In this document: positions 53,169-64,000 of the stretch, in pieces
Layout of the letters: the number at the start of each line of letters is the position of its first letter
Position numbering within the stretch: the first letter of the stretch is position 1
Made by a program: the position numbers and the translations under genes
The notes under the pieces: generated by a model
The model's input: only the letters and a program-made list of their open reading frames with translations
Told to the model about the DNA's origin: nothing
Database searches by the model: none
Origin: Peribolospora baueri
Taxonomy: Eukaryota
Direction: 5' to 3'
Length of the DNA stretch: 64,000 nucleotides
Assembly (NCBI GenBank): GCA_029717555.1
Contig: JAMDHS010000081.1
Location: 1 to 64,000 of the forward strand

Positions 53169-53963
53169 TCAGCGGCGTCGAACGAACGCCCTTCGTGCTT
53201 CGAAGAGGGGAGTGAACAGTCGCAACTCCTGAAGAAGGTCGTTCAATGACGGCCGTGGAGAGAGGATGGAGCGGATGTGGGGCAGCATGTCGTTGGGGAG
53301 ACCGTCACGAACCGCATAGACGAGACCGCCGTCCGGACGGCCACTGTACGCGGCCTTGAGTAGGTCCAGCTTCTCGTAGAAATACGTGTCAATTGGCTCA
53401 CGCCGATCCCACTTCCGCTGGTCGGCCTCCATCCGTACGATGACCGAATCTTTGGCAAGAGCGAGACGAAGGAGGCGCTTCCTGGCGTCCCAGCTCACTT
53501 CCATCTCCGCGCGGTCGGGGTCCGAAAGACTCGTCCACCAGCTGCGTGGAGCCCCATCGTAACGCGTTGATAGGATGTGAAGGACCTCGCGAGCATAGTC
53601 GGGGTCGTCCGGGTAGCGGGAGAGGATCGCGCCTTTGTGCGTGATCCAGACTTGAACATAGACCGATGCTGGATCAAAGCGGGGAACGTCGTCGGCCTTG
53701 ATGCGGGGTCGGCGCGCAGAGGCGGGCGCAATGAGGGCGCGGCGCAGAGCCAACGTCGCCGATGGTTCGATGGGAGCGGTCGGCGTCGAGGGTACCTTCC
53801 GGTGATGATCGACGAAGCCGGCCTCGGCGAAGGCTTTCCTACGCTCCTCGCGAAGCCGCGTCTCGATAGCGTCCCACTGACGGCGCTCCTCGTCGGACAT
53901 GGCAGGCGGCGATGGCGATAACTCAGCCATCTGCCTCCCCAACTCGGCGATCTTCGTGCTCAT
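53169..53963 (-). CDS. retrotransposon Gag (capsid-like) ORF, 264 aa uninterrupted
   Basis: [52 protein letters not shown] degenerate knuckle ([13 protein letters not shown]) lies downstream in another frame. Confidence 0.65.
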   Translation of the reverse strand: MSTKIAELGRQMAELSPSPPAMSDEERRQWDAIETRLREERRKAFAEAGFVDHHRKVPSTPTAPIEPSATLALRRALIAPASARRPRIKADDVPRFDPASVYVQVWITHKGAILSRYPDDPDYAREVLHILSTRYDGAPRSWWTSLSDPDRAEMEVSWDARKRLLRLALAKDSVIVRMEADQRKWDRREPIDTYFYEKLDLLKAAYSGRPDGGLVYAVRDGLPNDMLPHIRSILSPRPSLNDLLQELRLFTPLFEARRAFVRRR

Positions 53964-54039
53964 CCCGTCCTCGCTCCGCTTTGCCTCAGCGCGCTCGATT
54001 CGAGCAAGTCGATCAGACGCTGCAGCGCTCCAGCCTTGG

Positions 54040-54436
54040 TGTCAGAGGTCATACGGGTGTAGCAGGGTGGGGTAAACGCGAGACCAAGGAGGCAGTGTCC
54101 ACTTGCAGGGAGGCAGGCTTGACATCCCGCGACTCAGATGTCTGCAGCGATGCTATTGCGCGCGACGTAGTGGGTCTGTGGAGCAAGCGCGTCAACGGCG
54201 GCGACCCAGAGCAACGTCGCTTTCTGCGCTGAAAGAACAGCGACTGTCTATTTTAAGCCAATATCTGTGCCTTTGGTCGGACTCCGGTGACTGGAAAAAG
54301 GCAAAAATTGCATATCGAGCACAGAGATTGAGAACAGGTGGAGTGATGGAGGCTGAGGACGAATAAGGAAGAAGTATGGGGTATTGGCTGCGGCAACTAG
54401 ACGCTTGCAGGTGATCGGCCCCGTAACGACGCAACA
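54040..54436 (-). repeat. putative single (5') LTR
   Basis: Bounded by TG...CA with imperfect inverted ends (TGTCAGAGGTCATACGGG vs revcomp TGTTGCGTCGTTACGGG). Lies immediately upstream of gag. No second copy in the window. Confidence 0.4.
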
Positions 54437-54546
54437 CGAAACAACGATCAGTTCTTCAACTACTCTCCCACCTTCTACAGACTTGCTTCCCCGCGAGGAA
54501 CGCTGCTGTTCCTTCCGCCGCCATTGTTTGTGCGGGGGTAGCCACA

Positions 54547-57500
54547 ATGCATATCGTACAGCCCAGCTGGGTCCTCCATCAAGGCAAGTTCGTCTCATTC
54601 GCCCACTAATCCCGCAGGGGAAACGTTTGCCAGTGTCCTTCTGACCTCTGTTTGCATCGCTTCGCAGACGACAAGAAGAAAAAGACGAGTATATTCTCTA
54701 TCCATGTTCATCCAGATGGCAGCAGGGTAGCGACAGGGGGACTGGGTGCGTACATCGAGCTCCTTTTTGTAAGAGTTGTATTTCTGTGCGCTTAGCATCA
54801 CTCCTATCCCGCACTCCGCCGCCGCGGTGCGCCTTGCCCTGCCCTCGCCTAGACACGAAAGTTCGCATCTGGACCACGGCACCTATCCTTGATGAAGGGA
54901 CGTCCTTGCGCGCTGACGTGCCCAAGAGCCTTTGCACGCTCACCGTCCATACAGGTAGGCGAATCCAGACGTTTGCCAAACTCTCCACGTCATCTTCTTG
55001 ACTCTTTTGCCTATCCGTGACAATGGTATTGCTTCCTTTCTCTTTCTGACAAACGTTTCCAGGAGCCGTACTCGCAGTTCGATGGGCAAATTCAGGCCGC
55101 TTCCTGGCCTCCGGCTCAGATGACACTGTGATCATGATTTACGACCGTAGCCCGTAAGTCTCGTCATTATCCTACGTCTGCGTGTACGATCTCCGCTTGA
55201 TGCCGTGTACGATCACAAGCTGAAAGCGTATCCTGGTCCGCGTTTCATCGCAGAGGCGCATTTGCGAGCAAAGCGTTCGGCTCTACGGAAGAGAATGTGG
55301 AAAACTGGCGGTACATCAGACGACTTTCTGGTCACGAATCAGGTTCGTCCCTCTTCCCCCTTTTTCAGCGTATGAGTGACTCCACTGAGTTCTGGGCTTG
55401 CGCCGTCGCTTGTCGGCTCAAGATGTCACCGATCTGGCATGGTCGAAGGATGACGAGTATCTCGCCTCAGTCGGACTGGACAGCAAGGTCTTCGTCTGGA
55501 GTGGCCAGACGTTCGGTGGGTGACCGACGTTTCAGCATACACTCGGAGCAACGTAATCAATTTTCCAGAGCCTGACATGGACGTTTGGTGTTTTTCGCTC
55601 ATCGCAGATCCAATAAGGCGCATCGAAGTGCATAGCGGTTTTGTCAAAGGTGTCACTTGGGATCCGGCCGGCCAGTACTTGGCGACCGCTTCGGACGACC
55701 GATCCGTCAAAATCTTCCGCACCACGGACTGGGGTCTCGAGAAGGACGTAACAGAGCCTTTCGAAGGGTCTCCCAGTTCCACGTTCTATCGCCGCCTCGG
55801 CTGGTCGCCGGAGGGAGCTCACCTCGTTGCGTCAAATGCGATGAACGGCCCTGTGTTCGCCGGTTCTGTTATTGCCAGGGAATCGTGGAACACGGACGTT
55901 ACGTTACTAGGGCATGAAAACTGCACGGAATGCGTCGTGAGTCGACTCGCTCGAAATGCACTTCAGGGTCTCTCTGTAGAACGTTGCGACGTAACGTTAA
56001 CTGGACATACGCACCTCCTCTGCCTCGTAGGCTTTTAGCCCCCAGGTCTTCCTGAAAATTCCCTCTCATCCGTCGCGAAAAGCCGAGAATGTGTGTACGA
56101 TGCTTGCCCTGGCTGGACAGGATAGGACTCTCTCCGTATGGTTGACAAAATGGGGAAGGCCGCTGGTGGTCCTCAAGGACGTCTTCGAACGGAACGTCCT
56201 CGACCTGTCTTGGTAAGTTAATCACCAGCCGTCGTCACCGTTACACTCCTAATGACGTCACTGATGCGCCTCCTTCTCGTCGCTCAGGTCCCCAGACGGT
56301 CACACGCTATTTGCTTGCTCTTCGGACGGCACGATCGCCTGTGTCGTGTTCACTCCCGACGAGCTTCCGACAACTGCTGAGCCGGGAACAAAGGAGGAAT
56401 GTATCGCTCAGATTGGGTTCAAATGGCCTGTCCATCAGCCTGCTCCTTCCGTGCAGCCTTCGTCTTCGACCTTGAACGGTTTAGGCCATCAGTATCATCA
56501 CGGGACGCACGCCCCCGTCCAAACCCTACCAGCTGTTCCGCAACCTCAATCGGTCACGATCACCAAGGACGGCCGAAGACGCATCCAGCCATCTTTAATC
56601 GCTGTCGGTGCGTCATCTCCCGTGCCGGCTCCTTCCTTACCTTTCGCTACCGCAAATCGTGAGCCGGAGGTGGAAATGCCGGCGCCGGTACCTCCGCTTC
56701 TTCCACCTCCTTCGGAACCCTCGCTTCCCACACCGACGACATCCTCTTCAGCGCCCATGGCTCGTGGCAAGGGACGGACGCTCGGAGGCGACAAGCCGCG
56801 CGAGCCTGCTGGCGCTCCGGTAGAACTCAGAGCCGCTCAGCATTTCGTCAGTGGTGCAGGTGCAGCCGCTCCATCTACGCGAGTGACTGGTGGGGGGACG
56901 GGGCCGGCTGTCGTCTTCCCTGTGCCGTCTGTGAAGAGCAACGCGAGAATAAAGACGAACGAGGAGAACGCGGACTCTGACATTTTGGAGATGCGCAATT
57001 TTACGGACGGACGTGAGTACAGCTCTCACTTGACGGCGGGGGATGTTTCACGACCCTGGTGGACCTAGTCTTGGATTCTCCGACTTACGATTGCGGTCTT
57101 GACGCGTCCACAATTTTAGGAGCGTGCGAGGTTACCCTTCTGCATCCCGAGCGCGAACAAGGGAAGATGAAGGACAAGGTTTTGTGGATCGACTATCTCC
57201 CATCTCCCATCCTGGCCATGACTGCGACGCTATTCTTTAGCGCGGTCGCGACGGAAGACGGGGGCATCAACATCTATTCCGCCACCGGCCGACAGTGAGT
57301 GTACTTTTCGTCATTACTCTGTTCTGTCCTGACGGGAAGGACCTGTTTGACCGGCGATTTGACCACGTAATTTTCGCAGTCTCATGCCAACCATTACGCT
57401 AGACTCTCCGTTGGTCAACATGGATAGCGCAGACAATCTGCTGATGGCCATCACCGCGTCGGGAGTGCTCCATACGTGGTAAGCGTCCGTATTTTTTGGG

Positions 57501-58500
57501 CCCTCACGTATCACGAAAGCCTTGCACGAAAGCCTTACATAAACCATTGCTTTGTTTGGAACTGCCAGGGATGTCAAGCGCCAACGGGCCGTCCGACCTC
57601 CGACGTCTTTTGTGCATCTCCTCTCAACGCCAGGCGTCGCGAGCGGCGAATTGACCATCTCGGACGCCACCCTGCTCAGCAACGGCGCGCCCGTGCTTTC
57701 ATTTACCACTGGCACAGCGTACACTTACCACGATGCCATGCAGTGCTGGGTGCGCCTTTCGAGCGCTTGGTGGGCCGATGGGAGCGACGCTTGGGACGGG
57801 AGGATGCGGGGTAATCGGCAGGGCACGACAGGGAGGGGCGTCGTGCGGGGGATCGAGGCCAGGATAAACGACGTGGTGGCCGGGAGGGAAGACGCTCCGA
57901 TGGACGGCAGCGCAGCGTTCGGAGACGGTGCTAATGGCAGGACGGGCATTGGCAGCGTGCCCGTCCACCTCCGTGGGGAGTACTGGGATGCTGCTTTGAG
58001 CCTAGGTCACCTCGAGGCGAGGATGAGCGCCGCGGCGCTGTTGGACTCGCCCACGGAGTACAGGCAGTTCATGCAGCAGTACGCGCGGAAGTTGGGCGAG
58101 GAAGGATTCCGAGGGAAGGCGGAGGAGCTGCTTAGGGAACTTATCGGACCGATCTATTAGTGAGTTGCCACGGAAGGAAGCGTGTCGTGGAACGGTTGCT
58201 TAATTTTTTTTTCTCTTTTCTCCTACTCGCCTTTCCGCGTTTGTCTTGTAGCAAAGCAAGAGACGATGCCTGGCAGCCGACGATCGTCGGCTTGGACAAG
58301 GTGGGTAGGCCGGTATCTTTTGTCGATCCGCTAGCTTTCGACGTCTCAATCCTCGCGTTCGTCGCCCTTCCTGCATACAGCGAGCGCTCGTGAAGGAGGT
58401 GCTGAGCATCTTCGGCAAGAGCAAGACGCTCATCGCCCTCGGCCAGCAATACGCAGACCTACTTCGCAAGATGTCGGGCGACGATCTGTTTGGAGTGTGA
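54547..58500 (+). CDS. HIR1: histone chaperone HIRA/Hir1
   Basis: MHIVQPSWVLH/..IFSIHVHPDGSRVATGGLD, WD40 repeats (GHESDVTDLAWS, HSGFVKGVTWDPAGQYLATASDDRS), B-domain TITKDGRRRIQP, C-terminal LSLGHLEARM..YARKLGEEGFRGKAEELLREL. Confidence 0.96.
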
Positions 58501-58996
58501 TCGGAGAGGGCTCGGGCGAACGCCGCGCCCAGCAACGGACGAGGTAACGTTTTCCCTGCGATTCTTTCCATGTTTTGGATGCTTTCGGATGTAACAGTAC
58601 CGTCCCTTGTATCGTCCCATGCTGGACGCATGACTGTGTGCAATGGCAAGCGGTTTCCACGCCGCTTGGTGATCGTCGTGCTCGATGGACGGCCGGTCCG
58701 CTGTCCTCACCCGTCGTTTTTTGCCCCCCGCCACTATTTTTCTCGAGCTTCTAGAACTTCGTCTGAGACGCTTACTACACTCAAGGAGGGTCTTCGCGGC
58801 TCTATATCTCACTATGGGTGCAGCTTTTGGATGTCCTTCACCGGACACTATCTGAAAGTCTGAATTGTCACCTGACAAACCGCACGTTTCAGATCCGTGG
58901 CCATGGATGGTGACGACCACCTAAGACATCATTGGCCACCACAACGACGTCTTGCTCCCCATCATCCATCGTACGAATCGAGTATCACAACAACCC

Positions 58997-59764
58997 ATGG
59001 GCTCCTATCTTTCCTCTAAATTCGGCATGTCTTACACGTTGACGCCAGAGCTCATGACGGCGGCCAAGGACAAGATCGAGGTTCGTGTCGCTACGGCTGC
59101 GAGCCTGGAGGCGAGGTCGTCTTGATCCAAACGAAGGGCAGACCGAGCTCAACGCCGCCCCTTCTCTGCTCATCCTTTCCATTGCTCCTTCCTTTTCACC
59201 ATGTTCTTTAGAAACTGATTCCTGAATAGTGAGTCGAACGGTCGTCGAGATCCATAGTTGCGCGCGGTACTCTCGTCCTCGTCCAACGCCCTCTGATCCT
59301 TCTCGTTTTATGGCTCCAACATGTCCATCCTCGGTCCACAATCACCTTCTACCTAGCACCATCGTCATCTTCTCCAAGACCTATTGCCCATACTGCCGCC
59401 GAGCGAAACAGATGATCGCGTCGCTCGGCCTCGGTCCTGATGAGGTCAAGATCCTTGAGCTCGATGACATGGGCGAGGAGGGAGCGGCTATCCAGGAATA
59501 TCTTTTGCAGAAAACGGGTCAGAGGACGGTGCCGAACATCTTTGTGAAAGGGAAACATCTAGGGTAAGCCGTGCCTTCGCTCCTCGGACGTCCACGAGTG
59601 GATGGCCAAGATGGTGGTGGTGAAGGGCTTCGTGTGCTGACCTGGCCGACCTTCTGGGATCGGGACGACGGCGGTAACGAACGATGTCGAACGCTTACAG
59701 GGGCTGCGATGACCTCCTGGCAGCTGAACGAAGTGGAAAGTTGCAACAGATGCTCTCTTCCTGA
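58997..59764 (+). CDS. dithiol glutaredoxin (CPYC)
   Basis: IFSKTYCPYC, TGQRTVPNIF, GGCDDL. Four exons. Confidence 0.93.
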
Positions 59765-60115
59765 TCTCCTCCCTGTATAGTCGCTCTCAGACGCAAGGTG
59801 AGCACGAGCGCATGCGGTGTGCAATGTTCGACAGGTTGTTGGCATGTCGTCCGGTTGTCACCGGGGTCAGCGACTGGACGGGAGAGGGGGTTTGTCGCTA
59901 CAGATGATGCAACTTGGTACCACTACCTTCTGCTGTCGTCAGGGAGAGATAGTCAGGACGAGGATGACTTGTTCAACAGCGGGCAACATGGTCATTAATG
60001 TAGACACAGGCAAACATTCAGTCAGCGGCGACAGAACACCGTGTTATACTCACGAAAGGATGTATCAGAGCACCGAGGGGATAGGAAGGCATTGCACTAA
60101 CGGCCAGGGAGCCCT

Positions 60116-61200
60116 ATCGTTACCCAGGGGATACGGTATCAAGCAAGGGGCACTAAACACAGCAACCAAGGAAAGCACCAGTGACAACCGGCACGCCAGA
60201 ATCCCCCGTACGCGATCAGTCGGCCCCCCGGAGAACCCGAAGACCGCGATCGGTCCCTCCCTCGCCCCGCATCGCCTGCAGACTCACCAACTGCGTCTTC
60301 ATTCGTTATCACGGCAGCGACGGCGTCGGCCGGCAAGTCGCTGCAGGTGTTGATAGCCGCCTCAATGCTCAACGACGTAATCGAGGCCAAGCGAAGGAAG
60401 CCGATCACCTTAGGAGCGTTGAGGTTTCACGACGACCCCGGCACCCGACCCAGCGGATGCCGCTTTTTGTCCACAAAGCGCGTTTGCGGATACGGTGGCG
60501 TCCATGAGCCGCTGGGGAGCCGTGCTCGATGAGAAAGCAATCCCACCCGGCTCTCCGACAGGCGATGCAGGCGTCCACGGCCCGATCTGGGCGATTAGGT
60601 TCGCCGATCTCACCTGTCGCATCCGCTCGATGGAGACGTTCCGGAAGATCTCCCAGGCGGGGCGGTCAGACGGGCTACGAGCAGACGCCATCAGACGTTT
60701 AGCCGTGGGGAGACGGGACGTTGACAGCGAAGCCGCGGTAGCCGCCTGGACGGGGGTCGGGGTCAGAGGCGGGGCGCGGGACGAGCTCTGATATTCTGAA
60801 GAGGGGAACGGCTCCCCTCCCGAACAGCGGCAGTCGCCCAAGAACGAGAGCAAGACTCGTTCGGAGTGCGAGGGGAAGCTGGCGCCGTGGTCAAAGCTGG
60901 AGCCTCGGAGAAGGATTTGGGTTCTGAGGCCGGAGGAGGAACGAAGGTACGGTCCTCAGAGGACGAGGACGAGGACGCCGACGCGAGGAGCAAGGGAAAG
61001 CTGCCGGTGGACTATTTGGCAGCTGTACTTATGCTTCCTCCCGCGAGTTGGTCTCCCAACCAGGGAACGGAGAAGGCTACCACTGGAGGAGCGAGACGGC
61101 GCATCTGTGGACCTTTAGGAGGGACTGAGGGTATTTAAGCGAGGATGGGAACGTAGATCGGCGTCCCGTCGATGAGACCACATTCCGCATTACCATCGCC
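60116..61200 (-). pseudogene. possible degraded orphan gene
   Basis: Protein-like Ser/Pro-rich frame with two internal stops (61135-37 TAA, about 61012 TAG) and a frame change. A helical-looking segment VIGFLRLASITSLSIEAAINTCSDLP..EDAV follows, ending at a GTGAGT donor. Confidence 0.3.
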
Positions 61201-61507
61201 AGATGTAGTCGACAAACGACAGACACATTTCTCCCTTCCGGCGGACTTGCTTGGCCGAACAGGGTAAGGAAAGTGGTGGAGGTGGGCGGACGTGGTGGTT
61301 GTACGTACGACGATCCTTCGCCGCGTCACCTTGATATAGATACGGATGATATCTACCGCAGCCAACCAAACCAGCGTTATTAGCCGCCCATGTCGACGTC
61401 GTGTGCGCATACAATCTCTCTACTCGCACACCCTTTCCCCACTCACCCCCAACCTCCTCGCGCCCGTCCAGCTCGCCTTCCAGCCACATTGACCCATCCC
61501 ATCAACC

Positions 61508-64000
61508 ATGTCCGACGTACAGAAGGCGCTCTGCGAGCACATCGAAAAGTCCAAGGACAAGTACATCGCCAGGTACGACCACACAGGAAATGAAACAAAA
61601 GCTGAATTTGCCGTGACCGCCAGCGACTGACTTTGAGAGGATACCGTTATCCCCCAACGTTTTCGTTCGGTACAGGCTCGCGGAAGCCGTTGCCATTCCG
61701 AGCATAAGTGGAGATGCCGCCTACCGTCCGGAGGTGCACCGTATGATGGCCTGGCTCAAAACTGAACTGGAGAAGCTGGGCGCGCAGTGAGCTATCTATG
61801 AGGGCGTTATGGTCACCCACCTTCGGGGCCCAAGAATTGACTTCCCTTCCTTTCCTCTCAGGGTCCGTCTCCAGCCCTTGGGAAAGGAAAACCTACATGG
61901 CACAGAACTCGACCTCCCCCCGGCCGTCCTCGCTCAGCTCGGGAACGATCCGAAGAAGAAGACCATTCTCGTATATGGTCATGCTGACGTCCAGCCGGTT
62001 CGTCTCGGCTTGTTTGAATTGCTCAAGCTCGATAACCGTCCCTCCCCATCGGGTCATCTGATGTGCTTTTGTTTTCTTCTTTTGAATGATGTCGCACGCC
62101 CACAGGCACTCAAATCCGATGGCTGGGACACCGACCCGTTCAAGCTGGTCGTGGATGAGAAGACAGGGAGGATGTATGGACGTGGAAGCACGGACGACAA
62201 GGGCCCCGTTCTTGGGTGAGTTTGCTGCTCCCGTCGCTGTTGCACGAGGACGCGAGCGCTGGCCCCTTTCGACGCTGGTCCATCGCATATTATCTCTCTG
62301 ACATGTCTTTTGCACCATCACGAAGATGGCTGAACGTCATCGAGGCCCATAAAGAACTGGGTATCGAGCTGCCGGTCAACCTGAAGATGTGCTTTGAGGG
62401 TGAGTGAGAGTGCACGTCGATCGGTCTTTGCATTTCTATCCTTTTGTATGATGACGACCTCATACCTCTGCCTCCTCCCGCTTTCTAAAGGCATGGAAGA
62501 GTCCGGCTCGGTGGGTCTCGATGATTTGATTGTCGCCGAGAAGGACAAGTTCTTTGCTGGGACGGACGCCGTTTGCATCTCTGTGAGTCGAGCCTTTTGC
62601 AACGGTGTCACCTTGGCGATCTCATGGGATCTAATTGCCGAGTCCTTACTTTCCGTGTCTTTCTTAGGACAACTACTGGTGAGCGTAGGCCTTCTTTGAA
62701 CGATCTCTACACTCTCCACATCGCTCGTTCTCACGCCCTCTTCGCCTCGTAATTTCCGCGCAGGCTCGGCACTACGAAACCCTGCCTTACGTACGGCCTT
62801 CGCGGCATCTGCTACTACAACTTGACCATCTCCGGCCCGGCGCGAGACTTGCACTCGGGCCTCTTTGGCGGCGTCGTGCACGAGCCGATGACGGATCTCT
62901 TTGCTATCATGAGCAAGCTCGTTTCGACGGATGGCAAGATTTTGATCCCCGGTGTCAACGAGCTTGTGGATCCGCTCACCGACGAAGAGAGGTGAGGGTG
63001 AGGCCAGCGACCCCGTCGCGCCGCGTTGCATTGCCAATCTCACGTCATACCGTCGAGCCATTTTGCAGGAGGCGATACGAGGTCGTTGACTTTTCTCTCA
63101 ACGTGAGCAGCGAGCTGAACGGTGTTTGGATATTCAATTGTTCGTGTCTGACTCGTCTTTCGCTCTCGCCTTATCCGGCCCCACCCTCTCGTGTCCCGTC
63201 GCAGGACATTCACGGGGCGACCGGCTCGCAGACGACGATCCGGGAGGACAAAGTGAGCACGCTGATGGCACGCATGCGCTTCCCTTCGCTCTCCTTGCAC
63301 GGCATCGAGGGCGCCTTCAGCGAGCCTGGGTCAAAGACGGTCATTCCTGCCAAGGTCATTGGTGAGGAGCCGACTTGATCCGAAACGTCGATGTATGAGT
63401 GGACCACGGTCTGAACCGGGCCATCACTTTGCCGTTCCGCCTCGGCCAGGCAAGTTCTCCATCCGGTTGGTGCCGTCGCAGACGCCGGAAAAGGTGAACG
63501 CGCTGGTTCACAAGTTTGTCCGAGACGAGTTTGCCAAGCTGGGAAGCAAGAACAAGGTGGACATCTCGTCGGGGCACGACGGCAAGCCTTGGGTTGTCGA
63601 TCCCAATCACTGGAACTACGGTGAGTGGAGCGTTGGGGCTCGCCTTTTACGATCCGTTCCGTCCCTCACCTTTTACCTCCATCTTTAGTGGCCGCGAGCA
63701 AGGCGACGAAGACGGTGTGGGGGGTGGAGCCTGACCTGACGCGTGAGGGCGGTAGCATCCCTGTCGTGAGTTTTCCTTTATCTTTCTTTCGATCGGTCTC
63801 GGAGCTGACCCGCTTTGTCCCGCCATGCTTGCGTACGACCGGCGCGGGGGGGGAACGAGGACAGACGCTGACGTTTTCAGACACGCTCGGCGTCAACGTG
63901 CTCCTGCTGCCCGTCGGCAGGGCGGACGACGGGGCGCACAGCACGAACGTGAGTGGGCGATCTGGCCGTCACCGTCACCGTCGCTGGCCAGCTTTTCTGA
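61508..64000 (+). CDS. DUG1: Cys-Gly metallodipeptidase (M20A, Dug1/CNDP2); 3' end outside window
   Basis: [84 protein letters not shown]. Confidence 0.96.

Larger units (their letters stand above)
52450..54436 (-). mobile_element. degenerate Ty3/Gypsy LTR retrotransposon relic (putative LTR, gag, truncated RT)
   Basis: RT N-terminus in three frames: [34 protein letters not shown] / [13 protein letters not shown] / [32 protein letters not shown]. Gag-like ORF upstream. No protease, RNaseH or integrase seen. Confidence 0.88.

Overview
Gene-dense, GC-rich, intron-rich eukaryotic DNA. The GTGAGT-type donors, CTGAC/CTAAC branch points, short introns and protein types point to a basidiomycete yeast (Tremellomycetes-like; inference). 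The window holds about 20 spliced protein-coding genes: SQT1 (3' end outside window), a Prx5-type peroxiredoxin, a YibF-like GST, chitin synthase, a small putative Zn-binding hypothetical protein, Apq12-like, SDR, a large UBZ-finger protein, ATE1, an AidB-like acyl-CoA dehydrogenase, a Ctr copper transporter, UPF0047/YjbQ, a Pcl/Clg1-type cyclin, a PX-domain protein, mitochondrial Hsp70, RPB10, Tudor-SN, HIRA, glutaredoxin and DUG1 (runs off the window). It also holds one intron-containing tRNA-Ala(CGC) and a decayed Ty3/Gypsy relic between Tudor-SN and HIRA. I see no CRISPR array and no clearly new multi-gene system. The best leads are: an in-frame GC-AG intron splitting a UBZ zinc finger; a gag ORF with a putative LTR about 110 bp from the HIRA start codon; a bacterial-type GST with an anomalous splice donor inside a small cluster of apparently damaged genes; and an uncharacterised H-x2-C...C-x2-C protein. 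All gene models were spliced by eye. Family assignments come from motif recognition, not database searches.
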